Shown piece after piece: positions 1 to 12,900 of a stretch of DNA of 64,000 nt. The position numbers and the translations under genes are program-made. Below the pieces are notes generated by a model. It was not told the origin of the DNA and did not search any database. It saw only the letters and a list, made by a program, of their open reading frames with translations. The stretch lies in NCBI GenBank assembly GCA_002269645.1, contig NIVC01001588.1, positions 1 to 64,000 of the forward strand, read 5' to 3'. Source of the stretch: Macrostomum lignano. Its lineage: Eukaryota. Each line of letters begins with the position of its first letter. Position 1 is the first letter of the stretch.

Positions 1-419
1 GAGGCCATTTTGGATTTTGGTTGCAGAGATCTACTTAGCTGCCCAAAATATCCAAGAATAAAAAATGTTTCAAAACCTCACTGGAACCCCTATCCTAGGC
101 TACTTGCAACTCAACATAGAAGAAACTTATATGGGATGGGAAAACAGAAAATTGTCTAGAATTGGCTTTAGGCTATTTTAATATTTCATTTTCACATTTT
201 AAGATCCCTAAAAAAGCAGAAAACTGATTTCTTAACCTTTTTGGCCCTTCTGTCTTTCTAGTAGAGGTTGGCGTCTGTTTATAAAAAAGCCACCCTAACC
301 TTTGTCCACAGGGGCCATAGTTAGGATCATGTCATGGTATATGCCAGATTAAAAAGTCCCCCCTAAAAAATCTATGCCACTTCATATTAAAATGTATGCC
401 AAGGTCCTAGGAACTTACG

Positions 420-1000
420 CCAGGTTTTCTAGAAAGAAGAGTGAGATGAGGGATGAGAGATGAAAAAGTTAAGAGAAGAAAGTAGTGAGGAGAGGAGAGA
501 AGAGAGATGCAATGAGAAAAAGATGAGTGAGAAAATAAGAGAGAGAAGAGATTAGAGATTAGAGAAGAGAGGGGAGAATATGAGAAGAGAAAGGAAAAAA
601 AAAGAAAAGTGAGATTAGAGAATAAGAGATAAAAGAGAATAGAGAAGACAGGAGATGGTAGAAAGGAGGGTAGAAAGATGGGAGATAAGAAAGGAGAAGG
701 TGAGAGCATATAGGAGATATGAAAATTGAAAGCAGAGAGGAGAGAGAAATAGAAGAAAGAGGGTAGAGGAGAGACAATAGATAAGAGGGTGGAGATGAGA
801 GATAAGAGAGGAGAGAAGAGGGGAGACAGGAGACAGGAGAGAGTAGTTCACAAATGAGAGAGATGAAAATGTAGAGAGGAGAATTTAGTGAGGAGAAAGA
901 AGAGGATAAAAATGAGAGCACAGGGCACAAAGATGAGAGATGAGACTAGAGATAAGAGAGCAAAGAAGAGAGAGGAGACAGAAGAGTCTGAGTCTGGACA
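420..1000 (+). repeat. Purine-rich (GA) low-complexity tract
   Basis: Nearly C/T-free degenerate GA repeats on the + strand. Confidence 0.85.
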
Positions 1001-3469
1001 ATGGCAGTCAGTTTTTGCAAACAGGGAAAACAAGATATGGTATTTGAAAGGTTTTACAGAGGATTTAGAGATGATTTGGAAGATGGGATTCAAATCATAG
1101 AATTTCAACTGATGGATTTCAGTGGGAATGGAAGTCCACTCGTGCATTACCTATAGTTTGAAAGGTGACATGTATACTAGGAGGGATTTCCCACTGTATA
1201 ACAAAGGACAGGTACTTGCCATTTTTCAGCATATATCAACATATATTCCAGCATACATGACACAATGGAAATTTTTTGGCTTATATCTATGGCATACCTA
1301 TATACATATTAGGATCAAATAAAGTGCCTTTATGTAAAACATGTTACATGCAACACCATTAACATGGATTCACATAACAAGGAATAATAAAAAACATTTT
1401 TTTAACTTTGCCTTGAAAAACTTTTTTCTTAATTTTTAGCAAATAAAAGTATTTAAAGTACTTTTTTTATAATTATATTTTTAGTATATTACAAAAGTGC
1501 ATACTTTTTAAGTTTGTTACTCTGCATCAATAATGAATTCAAAAATAAAAAAGCATAACTTTGAAATACAAAGTTAAAAACATTTTTAGTCCTAGCATAT
1601 AAATGTAGTCTTGTACTTTTTTCCTTACTGGACCAGGTATACACTAATACCCAAAAGTATATGCCCAAAAATTTAGGTGTGCATTGGCCATGTATGCTAA
1701 AAGTTGGCATGCACAATTGGCATGCAGGACTCATAAGAAAATAGTATATAATACTTAGTGTGCATATCATAGAATCATATAGAAGAGTTATTGTTAAAGA
1801 GAAAAAACCATTTCAAAAAGTTTATTTTTAAGCATAAATTTCAAGCTTTTCAGTTTCAAAGCTTATAACATAGCATATATACAAATGTTTGTGTATATTG
1901 ATTTTTCAATAGATAATATAAGCATTAATTAAATTATCTGCTAGAAAGTATTCTTTATGCAACACAAAAGGGTTGTATACTGTTGCAATAATAAAGGTCA
2001 TTTATTGTTGCAATACTGGCATAGATTTGAGTGTGGGTATGCACTTAATTTTTTTGGTATGCATTTGTAACTATTCAATTTTTGTTTGGGCATGCACCAT
2101 GCATGGTTTTGACTATGGTCTATGCATATAAAAAAGTGAAATAAAAATTGCACATTAAATATACTCCAAGCATTTTAATCTAAAAATGTTGAACAATGTT
2201 GAAAAATATTAAAAAAAGGTGAACTTAAAAATAAACCATAGTTATTACCATAGTTGCAATAGAATTCTATTTGATCTATTGAGGCCTATGAATAGGCATT
2301 GTGTCTCATGATGCTTTGTCAGTCATAGTCAGGTAAAAGATATGTACATAGGAAATTTCCAGGGTACACTCTAGAAATTCGGCATATATGTTAGCATATA
2401 AAAATGATTTTGGGATATTGGTATACACATTTAGTATTTTGGTATGTGACATGCACCAAAAATGAAAAAAAAATATTAATAAATAATAGTTGCAATAGTT
2501 GTCTATACATGCATTATAATTGTAAAATTTGATAACTGTTTAATGCAAAACTGCTTTTTATGTTTTTTATGCAAAACAATTTGAAATTTTTACAAAAATA
2601 TAAAAATTTTGTTTTTGTTTTTAATATCTATGAAGTAAAAACATTATACAAATATAATCATTTTTTAAGTTTCTAACTTAATCTAATTAAAATTTAAAAT
2701 AAAAATCATTTGTCTAGTAATAACATTTCAAAATTGACAATATGAAGCTTTGTAGAAGGTATTGTATTTGGCATTCCTTTGGTTTATGATTATTTAAATT
2801 TGTGACAACCCTATAAGAAAGATATAAGAAGGCAAAACATATCATTTTCATCATATATCAAACCAGCAATTTAGTCAATACAATCTTTTTTCAATTATGA
2901 AAGTAGCCAGTTCCAAATAAATATAGAATAAAATGATACAAAGAGATAGTGACATGTTTATATCAATAAAATGTTCATTGAAGTTGAAGAGAATCCTATA
3001 TATCCACTTTGGTTTATGATGCTTTAATTAGGAGAAATATATGTAAACAATTGTGAACCAAAGCTAAGGGGGTTTTATTCTATATCATTTCAAGTTCTAG
3101 AACTTTTTGTTGAAAAAGATCCTATGCTATATATCTACTTTGGTTTATGATCTTTTAAATGGCAGAAATACATGTAAATGATTGTGAACTGAAAGTATGA
3201 GTAAGTCCCTTATGAATCCCTTATTTTATTGGAACTTTCTGTGGCAATTCCCACTTTCCAAGAATTAATAAAAATCTTTGCATACATAAAAATTATTTTT
3301 AATAAGTGGTTTCTTCAATTCTTAGCATATGTTTTATATGATATCCACTATTAATAAGAACCATTTATTTCTTTTTGAGACTATTTAGCACTTTTTAGCT
3401 TCTATCTTTTATAATGTTATAATGAAATGGTAATATCTTAGATAATATTTGGTAATGAAGCTAAAAACC

Positions 3470-3790
3470 ATGCTTAAGTCAGGGTTAGATAGGCTTTAGT
3501 CAGGGTTTATGTTGGGGTTTGCATCAGGGTCAATGTTTAGGTCAAGGTTTAGATTAGGGTTTTGGTCAGGGTTCAAGTCAGAATTGGGTCAGGTTTAAAT
3601 TTGGGTCTGGGTTGGCTCACACTTTGGGTAACAGTTTGGGTCCAACTTTAGGTTAGGGTTTGGGTCAGACTTTAGGTTTGGGTTTGGGTCAGACTTTAGG
3701 TTAGGGTTTGGGTCAGACTTTAGGTTTGGGTTTGGGTCAGACTTTAGGTTTGGGTTTGGGTCAGAGTTTAGGTTAGGGTTTGGGTCAGAA
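3470..3790 (+). repeat. 24-bp minisatellite containing TTAGGG/TTTGGG telomere-like hexamers
   Basis: Unit ~TTTGGGTCAGACTTTAGG(T/T)TAGGG, degenerate on the left side. Confidence 0.8.
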
Positions 3791-3905
3791 TTCAATTTTC
3801 AATAGTTAAACAGCTGACAGTCAGTTTGTGACAGCTAAGTTTCAACAGTCAATTTTCGTAGGCCCGCAATGGCGCACCTTGAAAATTATTTACCGATCCG
3901 GCCAG

Positions 3906-5405
3906 GTTGACGTCACCATCGCCGGCTTGGAATCAGCCGACGCTGTCACCTGCAGTCGGAACGTCCGCATCCAGCCGCACGCCTCGCTGGCCAGCGTGGC
4001 CGATCGTGCATTCGACTGCGTTGTGCTTCCCGGCGGCCTGCCCGGCGCCAAAGCTTTCGCCGCCTCTCTGCCAGTGAAGGCCCTGCTGGAGCGGCACTAC
4101 GCCGCAGGTGGTATTGTCGCCGCCATCTGCGCTGCCAGCATCGCGCTGGAGAGCCACACCTTCCTGCCCGGCTCAACCGTCACCTCGCATCCTAGCGTGC
4201 GGGATCAGCTGAAGAGCTACAATTATTCCGAGGAGCGAGTCTGCGTTGCGGCCGACGGTCGCCTGGTTACTAGCCGGGGACCGGGTACGGCGTTCGAGTT
4301 TGCCCTGAAGCTTGTCGAGCTGCTGCAGGTTGGTGGATTGCCTTGGGATCTGGGATTCTTCTGTTTGATTGGGATTTGGGATTCTTCTGTTTGATTGGGA
4401 TCTGGGATTCTTCTGTTTGATTGGGATCTGGGATTCTTCTGTTTGATTGGGATTTGGGATTCCTCTGTTTGATTGGGATCTGGGATTCCTCTGTTTGATT
4501 GGGATCTGGGATTCTTCTGTTTGATTGGGATTTGGGATTCCTCTGTTTGATTGGGATCTGGGATTTTATTCTGTTTGATTTGGATCTGGGATTCTTCTGT
4601 TTGCTTGGGATTTGGGATTCTTCTATTTTCTTGGGGTTTGGGAATTGGGATTCTTCTGTTTGCTTGGGATTTGGGAATTGGGATTCTTCTGTTTGCTTGG
4701 GATCTGGGATTCCTCTGTTTGCTTGGGATTTGGAATTCTTCTGTTTGCTTGGGATTTGAGATTCTTCTGTTTGCTTGGGATCTGAGATTTTTCTGTTTGA
4801 TTGGGATCTGGGATTCCTCTGTTTAATTGGTATTTGGGATTCCTCTGTTTGATTGGGATCTGGGATTGTTCTGTTTGATTGGGATCTGGGATTGTTCTGT
4901 TTGATTGGGATTTGGGATTCTTCTGTTTGATTGGGATCTGGGATTCTTCTGTTTGATTGGGATCTAGGATTATTCTGTTTGATTGGGATTTGAGATTCCT
5001 CTGTTTAATTGGGATCTGGGATTCTTCTGTTTGATTGGGATCTGGGATTCTTCTGTTTGATTGGGATCTGGGATTTATCTGCTTGCTTGGGATCTGGGAT
5101 TCCTCTGTTTGCTTGGGATTTTTGATTCCGCTGTTTGCTTCGGATTTGGGATTCTTCGGGTCTAATTTGGATCTGGGATTCTTCTGGTCTGATTGGGATC
5201 TGGGATTCTTCTGGTCTGATGGGATCTGGGGTTCTTCTGGTCTGATGGGATCTGGGATTCTTGTAGTCTGATGGCATATGTTGTTTTTCTCTGATGTTAT
5301 GTTTCTGCTCCCGACAATCAAACATCTGTTTGTTGTCCCACTCTAAATTCAAAGGGCCGAGAGAAGGCGGACAGTCTGGTAGCTCCTATGCTGCTGAAGA
5401 TCTGA
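3906..5405 (+). CDS. PARK7: DJ-1/PfpI family protein (PARK7 orthologue), 5'-partial; exons 3906-4328 and 5355-5405
   Basis: Translation VDVTIAG..VTCSRNVRIQP..FDCVVLPGGLPGA..AAICAAS..VTSHP..LVTSRGPGTAFEFALKLVE|GREKADSLVAPMLLKI* matches DJ-1, including the Cys106-equivalent (AICA). Splice sites are ccag|GTT, CAG|gttggt and caaag|GGC. The first ~30 aa, containing Glu18, were not found in the window. Confidence 0.93.
4340..5270 (+). repeat. 26-bp minisatellite (TTGGGATCTGGGATTCTTCTGTTTGA) in DJ-1 intron
   Basis: Tandem copies directly visible. Confidence 0.95.
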
Positions 5406-5988
5406 TCGATCGGTCTAAAAGAAACTCCAAAGAGAGGCTTAAATTTTCGCTTTTTTCATTATAGCCTAACCGCTTTCACAGTTTATTAGTTAGCCACTCA
5501 TTTTCGTTCATAACACTTTTGGTATATGAATATATATAGAGAACAGCCCATTATTGTTTGTTAAGGCTAATTCATGGTAATACTTTTAATAAATTCAGCT
5601 GTCTATTACTGACCAAGGGTTATTTTTTGTTATTAAATTGCATGACAATTTCTACTCATAGTATTCATGTTTGCGCAATCTTCAATCTTGATACTGAAAA
5701 ACCAAGATTTGAATACGAAATATATACTGTTCCTTTAGTTAGATCATTTGCCTTTCATTCATTCTCCTGTGTGTTTAAAACTTTTTTTTGTCTGTGGGGA
5801 ACACTCCTATTCCTACTGAGATCCATATATCTATGCATACTGTAAGTTTAGGCTTGTCATTGAGTACCCAAGCAAAACGCCGAAATTTTAATTAGTCAGA
5901 CTATTAATCATTTTTATACCCTATCTTTGCTGTTCGATCTCGGTTCTGGTTAATGGTAAGACGGCTTTCTATTTGATCATTGAAGGAC

Positions 5989-6800
5989 CAGAGGTCTTGG
6001 GTTTTCACTCCCGCTGAAGGACCAGAGGTCTTGGGTTAGCGGCTCCCGCTGAAGGACCGGAGGTCTTGGGTTTTCACTCCCGCTGAAGGACCGGAGGTCT
6101 TGGGTTTTCACTCCCGCTGAAGGACCAGAGGTCTTGGGTTAGCGGCTCCCGCTGAAGGACCGGAGGTCTTGGGTTTTCACTCCCGCTGAAGGACCAGAGG
6201 TCTTGGGTTTTCACTCCCGCTGAAGGACCAGAGGTCTTGGGTTTTCACTCCCGCTGAAGGACCAGAGGTCTTGGGTTTTCACTCCCGCTGAAGGACCAGA
6301 GGTCTAAGGGTTAGCGGCTCCCGCTGAAGGACCAGAGGTCTAAGGGTTAGCGGCTCCCGCTGAAAGACCAGAGGTCTAAGGGTTAGCGGCTCCCGCTGAA
6401 AGTCCAGAGGTCTAAGGGTTAGCGGCTCCCGCTGAAAGGCCAGAGGTCTAAGGGTTAGCGGCTCCCGCTGAAAGACCAGAGGTCTAAGGGTTAGCGGCTC
6501 CCGCTGAAAGTCCAGAGGTCTAAGGGTTAGCGGCTCCCGCTGAAAGACCAGAGGTCTAAGGGTTAGCGGCTCCCGCTGAAAGACCAGAGGTCTTGGGTTT
6601 TCACTCCCGCTGAAGGACCAGAGGTCTAAGGGTTAGCGACTCCCGCTGAAAGACCAGAGGTCTAAGGGTTAGCGACTCCCGCTGAAAGACCAGAGGTCTA
6701 AGGGTTAGCGACTCCCGCTGAAAGACCAGAGGTCTAAGGGTTAGCGGCTCCCGCCGAAGGACCGGAGGTCTTGGGTTTTCACCCCCGAAGGACCAGAGGT
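5989..6800 (+). repeat. 33/35-bp two-variant minisatellite upstream of DIS3L2-A
   Basis: CCCGCTGAAGGACCAGAGGTCT followed by either TGGGTTTTCACT or AAGGGTTAGCGGCT. It is bracketed by a possible 5'UTR donor (g|gtaaga, ~5957) and acceptor (tttcatttcag, ~6851). Confidence 0.92.
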
Positions 6801-6904
6801 CGTGTTAAGCTATTTTCAAAGTGTAAAGGTATTTCTATATTTTCATTTCAGCGGATTGCATAAGCAAGTGAAGAATACCAATCCAAGCTTACAATAGAAA
6901 AGTC

Positions 6905-9900
6905 ATGTCCGACTCATCAGAGGCTACTAACGTGAGTAGTCAAACTCAGCAGTCAGCTGCATCGCCGCAGCAGCAGCAGCAATGCGGCAACAATTCCACG
7001 TCGAACGGCGCTTCCAGTACGGCGGCTTCTGTCCCGCTGGTGTTCCGTCCGGGCTGTCCGCCCGAAGGCGCCGGTGCCCAGCTGCAGGGCCCGCCGCTGC
7101 CTGGCGCCCAGACTCAGCTGCAGTGCAGCGCAGCAGCGGCTGCTTCTTCATCAACTTCGACTCAGCATCAGCTGCCGCAGCCGCCGCCACCGCTGCCGCC
7201 GCCACCGCTGCCGCCGCCGCATCACGCTCCGGGATATCCGCAGCCTCCTCATCATCATCATCAGCATCATCATCATCGGGGTGGCGGGCACCATCCACAC
7301 TACAATCCCAATCATCACCATCAGCATCATCATCATCATCAGTATCCTGGCGCTGTTGGCAAACGCGGTGGTCGCCGTGGCGGCGCCAGTCAGCATCATC
7401 ACTATCAGCAGCAGCAGCGGCAGTTCAGTAGCGGCCAGCCCTATCCTGGCGCTGGGCATCGCGGCGGGCATCGGCAGTCGCAGCAACAGTTCGGCAGCGG
7501 CGGCGGTGGCGCCAACGGAGCTTCGTCGCAGTTCGTAGCTCACCTGACACCTGAGGTGACTGTCTAGATGGAGTTGTGTGCAACTTTATCGTATAGATCT
7601 CTGTTGAAGTAGATAGGTTGATAGTAGGTAGGCACAGGGGGCCGTAGCCCAGCGGTAGCGCAGCTTCTCTGGTGTGCCAGCGACCCAGGCTCGATTCCAA
7701 GTGCAGTCACATTAATTTGGGGCTGAATTGGAATCTCGGCTTGGCTCTGCTCGTGCAATTAAGGGCCTTGAGAGCCAACCCCCCAAGGCGCAGTGAAGTG
7801 TACATGCCTAACGATAATATAAAGTTAGGGCCGCTGTACACTCCTGTGTCAGTGTGTGCCTGCGTAAGTATCCGCGCGCTTGTGTGCCTGCTCAGGGGAG
7901 TCGGCGGAATGGGCAGTAATGCCTCTCGCCGGTTGTGTGCCTATGTCGCTTAAAGTGCGCCAGGGTGTACACAACCCCCCTGCCTCTAATAAAAAGTGGG
8001 TCGCCACACACCGTCAAATACCCCAGCTTATGCTGGCACCGATTTTACAGCTGGATGAACTGAAGCAATGCAGAGTTAAGTTGTCTTGCTCAAGGACACA
8101 GATTGTTCCGATCTGGTCGAGAATCGAACCCCCGACCTTTCAGTCGTGAGTCTGACGCTCTAGCGACTAGGCTACAACCTTGGACTCAAAAGCCCAAACT
8201 TATTGGCAAGATCTACAAATCAATGTGACTACATGATTTGGCCCGAGAGTTAGGAAGGCATTATCCAGCTGAGCTGCTTCATTGTGCCTCCTGTAGAGTC
8301 ATGGGTTGCCATGAGGACACTGAACTCCACTCAGGCCTCTCCAGCAACTGTATTAGAGTTGCTACTTTCAATTCAGTAGCAATTAAGAATGCTAAAGCTA
8401 TTTTTATGAAAATCAAAAGCTGACGTTCAGACATAAACAGCTTGCTATTTGTGCACTTTATACTCAATAAATCTTTTCTCTTTCTTAATCAGGAGGTGTC
8501 CGCCGGTCTGGCTTCCGGCGAGTTAATCACTGGCCAGGTGCGAATTAGTCAGAGAAATTTCGAAGAAGCGTTTGTTAGTCACCCGAACGGCGATTCCGAC
8601 ATTCTAATTACCAGCCTGATTGATCGCAATAGGGCGCTTAATGACGACGAAGTCGCTCTGCGGATCAAGCCGGTAAGTTGTGGCATGATTTTTTGTCTCT
8701 AGAATGTCGCTAAATGTGTCACTGATCTGTCACTACAGTGTCGCTAAATGTGTCACTGATCTGTCACTACAGTGTCGCTAAATGTGTCACTGAATTGTCA
8801 CTAGAATGTCGCTAAATGTGGCACTGATCTGTCACTACAGTGTCGCTAAATGTATCACTGATTTGTCACTAAATGTGTCACTGAATTGTCACTGGAGTGC
8901 CGCTAAATATGTCACTGAATTCAGTGAATTGTCACTAGAGTGTCGCTAAATGTGTCACTGAATTGTCACTAGAGTGTCGCTAAATGTGTCACTGAATTAT
9001 CACTGGAGTACCGCTAAATGTGTCACTGAATTGTCACTAATGTGCCTTTCATGCGTCGCCAGGTCGCGAGCTGGCGCGTCATCGGCCTGGACCCGAGCAG
9101 CGCTGCTGGCCTCGACATCGAATCGACGCCGTCGAAGTTCGGCCAGCAGCAGCAGCCGCCGACGGTGGAGTCTGTCCTAGCCAACGGTCAGGCCACCTTT
9201 GCCGCACTGTTCCCTGGCGTTGTCTATCCGGACAGTCGGGGCGACGACGACGGCGAGGGTGAAGGCGACAATGGCGAGGAGTCGGCAATTGCTGCCATAC
9301 TGAAATCCAACGCAGACCCGTGCCAGCCTTTACCAGTTGACAAGGTGCAACGAATCGGTCAGGTGGTGGCCATTGTTCGCCAGCTAGCTAATAGGAGGTT
9401 TGTTGGCTACGTGAAGCCTGGCAACAGTTCTAATCAGGTGAGATGATTGCTCACATATTGCTTTCTGGGAGTGCCTGAACTCTGAGATTGACGGCATTTT
9501 GTGTTTTTTTAATGATCAGATGATAAATGGGCAAACACGATAAATCGATCTAAACCGAGTGACATGTATACTAAAGTGACATGACTTTTTGAAAAGGGAT
9601 ATCATTCTTTTTAAGAGTGACATGATTCTCCCCAGAGTGACATGATTCTCTCAAGAGTGACATTGCTCTTTTAAAAGTGGCATTTCTAACGAGAGTGACC
9701 TATTTCTTACATGAGTGTAACCTATTTCTCACGGGAGAGTAACCTATTTCTAACAATAGAGGGGCCTATTTCTAACGATAGAAGGGCCTATTTCTAACGA
9801 TAGAAGGGCCTATTTCCAACGATAGAGGGGCCTATTTCTAACGATAGAAGGGCCTATTTCTAACGATAGAGGGGCCTATTTCTAACGATAGAAGGGCCTA

Positions 9901-12900
9901 TTTCTAACGATAGAGGGGCCTATTTCTAACGATAGAAGGGCCTATTTCTAACGATTGAAGGGCCTATTTCTAACGATAGAAGGGCCTATTTCTAACGATA
10001 GAAGGGCCTATTTCTAACGATAGAGAGGCCTATTTCTAACGATAGAAGGGCCTATTTCTAACGATAGAGGGGCCTATTTCTAACGATAGAAGGGCCTATT
10101 TCTAACGATAGAGGGGCCTATTTCTAACGATAGAAGGGCCTATTTCTAACGATAGAAGGGCCTATTTCTAACGATAGAAGGGCCTATTTCTAATGATAGA
10201 AGGGCCTATTTCTAACGATAGAAGGGCCTATTTCTAACGATAGAGGGGCCTATTTCTAACGATAGAAGGGCCTATTTCTAACGATAGAGGGGCCTATTTC
10301 TAACGATAGAAGGGCCTATTTCTAACGATAGAAGGGCCTATTTCTAACGATAGAGGGGCCTATTTCTAACGATAGAGGGGCCTATTTCTAACGAGAGAGT
10401 GCCCTATTTCTAACGCGAAATGGACCTGTTCAACTTCCCCAAAGCATTCACGGCGTCCTCGCTTCCCCTCCCTCAGCCGATGGTTCTGTTCGCTCCGCTG
10501 GACTCCCGCCAGCCGCGCTGCCTGGTGCCCCGCTCCGACCTGCCGCCGATGTTTGCCAGCCGGCCGGGCGACTTCGAGCGCACCCTGTTCGTAGCCGAAC
10601 TGGCCAACGACTGGCGCCCAGAGTGCCGGATGCCACAGGTTCGAATCTCTCGCCAGCTTGGCAACCGGGCGGCCGGCCGCATTGATCTCGAATTGGAGAC
10701 CAGAGTCATACTCGAGCATCACAGCATCGATGCTGAAGATTTCGAACCGGACACATTGGCCGAGGTGGCCGAAATTTCCGCCGATATCGACAGTGAAGAA
10801 GTTGCTCGCAGGCGGGATTTCCGAGATCCCAGCCGGTACTGCGTGTTCACCGTGGACCCGGAAACGGCCAGGGATTTGGACGACGCTGTACACTTTCGGG
10901 AGCTGGACGACGGGTCTGGGGACTGCGAGGTTTGTTCGAGTCTCTGATATGGTATCATTGTTGGTGTGGTGCTCAGGTACCGAGGAACGGGGCAAAGGGG
11001 GGCAGCTGCCCCCCCCCCTCTTTTAGGATATTAAGCTGACGCTTTACTTAGCTGACATTTAGTCTGCTGGAGTGACATAAGTCTGCTGGAGTGACATTTA
11101 GTCTGCTCGAGTGATCTTTAGTCTGCTCGAGTGATCTTTAGTCTGCTGGAGTGACATTTAGTTTGCTGCAGTGACATCATTTAGTCTGCTGTAGTGACAT
11201 CATTTAGTCTGCTGTAGTGACATCATTTAGTCTGCTGTAGTGAAATCATTTAGTCTGCTGTAGTGACATCATTTAGTCTGCTGTAGTGACATCATTTAGT
11301 CTGCTGTAGTGAAATCACTTATAGTCTGCTGGGGTGAAATTTAGTCTACTGGAGTGAGATTTAGTCTGCTGGAGTGAGATTTAGTCTGCTGGAGTGAAAT
11401 TTAGTCTGCTGAAGAAACATTGATTCTGCTGAAGTGACATTTTAGGCAGTTTTAGTAATCTTTTTGTTGAAGTGAGTGACGATGACAATTTGTCTGTAAA
11501 AGTTATACTTGAGATTGTTAAGGAGAGAATAGATTGGAATTTTTCTGTTCAAACCAAATTCTGTCTGCTTTGAAGAACAATTCCATCTGTCTCCCAGTGC
11601 AGTGAGTAACACTCAGCAACTATGGAACCCCCCCCCCCCAACCAGGTTGGTGTACACATCGCGGACGTGTCCCACTACGTTCGGCCCGGCTCCAAAGTGG
11701 ACGCCCTCGCACGCGCCAGGGCCACCACCACCTACTTGGTGCAGCGGGCCTATCCAATGCTGCCGCGCCGTCTATGCGAACAGCTGTGCTCGTTGAATCC
11801 GCGCGAAGACAAACTTGCGTTTAGCGTTGTTTGGCGAATTGATCCCAACAGCTGCGAGGTTAAATCTACTTGGTTCGGCAAGTCTATCATTCGGTCCTGC
11901 TGTCAGCTGAGCTACCAGCACGCGCAGCACTTTATTGAGGGCCATTCCGATATGCGGGAGCCGCAAGAAGTGGACCTGGGCGGAGATGCTCAGGTGTGTT
12001 TAGGAGTAGGGTCCGACTGAGCTTGGACTGCCTCTATAATCGTCCAAAAATCACCTCTAGAGTCGTCTGTAAACCACCTCTAGATTCGCCTGTAAACCAC
12101 CTCTAGATCGCCTGTAAACCACCGCTAGAGTCGTCTGTAAAGCACCTCTAGATTCGTCTATATAAACCACCTCTAGATTCGCCTGTAAGACACCTTTAGA
12201 TTCATCTGTAGCCACCTCTAAAATCGCCTGTAAGCCACCTCTACATTCGTCTGTAAACCATCTCTAGAGTCGCTGTAAACCACCGCTAGAGTCGCCTGTA
12301 AACCACCCCTAGAGTCGCCTGTAAGCCACCTCTAGATCGCCTGTAAACCACCGCTAGAGTCGCCTGTACACCACCTCTAGATTCGTCTGTAAGACACCTT
12401 TAGATTCATCTGTAGCCACCTCTAAAATCGCCTGTAGCCACCTCTAGAATCGCCTGTAAGCCACCTCTAGATCGCCTGTAAACCACCGCTAGATTCGCCT
12501 GTAAACCACCTCTAGATCGCCTGTAAGCCACCGCTAGAGTCGCCTGTAAACCACCCCTAGAGTCGCCTGTAAGCCACCTCTAGATCGCCTGTAAACCACC
12601 GCTAGAGTCGCCTGTAAACCACCACTAGATTCGCCTGTAAACCACCTCTAGATTTCTCTGTAAACAACCTCTAGATTTGTCTGTAAACCACCTCTAGATC
12701 GCCTGTAAGCCACCTCTAGATCGCCTGTAAACCACCGCTAGATTCGCCTGTAAACCACCTCTAGATCGCCTGTAAACCACCACTAGATTCGCCTGTAAAC
12801 CACCTCTAGTTTTCTCTGTAAACAACCTCTAGATTTGTCTGTAAACCACCTCTAGATCGCCTGTAAACCACCTTTAGATTCGCCTGTAAACCACCTCTAG

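Noticed and set aside
1400-3450. AT-rich region with a thrice-repeated ctttggtttatgat motif
   Set aside because: Probably decayed repeat or intron sequence; no ORF, termini or TSD could be defined.
3828-3905. ORF-track N-terminus of DJ-1 (MTAKFQQ...)
   Set aside because: It does not resemble the DJ-1 N-terminus (no Glu18 motif), and a good acceptor at 3905 indicates intron sequence.
5989-6800. CRISPR-like appearance of regular 33-35-bp repeats (also 17688-18892 and 29740-30700)
   Set aside because: The segments between repeats are two or three recurring variants rather than unique spacers. There are no cas genes and the context is eukaryotic and intron-rich.
7637-7710. Possible tRNA gene
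   Set aside because: A and B boxes are present, but there is no convincing cloverleaf and the sequence continues into a repeated SINE body with an A-rich tail.
7885-7920. GGCGGAATGGGCAG resembling the 3' end of an HDV-like ribozyme
   Set aside because: It pairs locally with CTGCTCA 15 nt upstream as a simple hairpin, leaving no room for the nested double pseudoknot.
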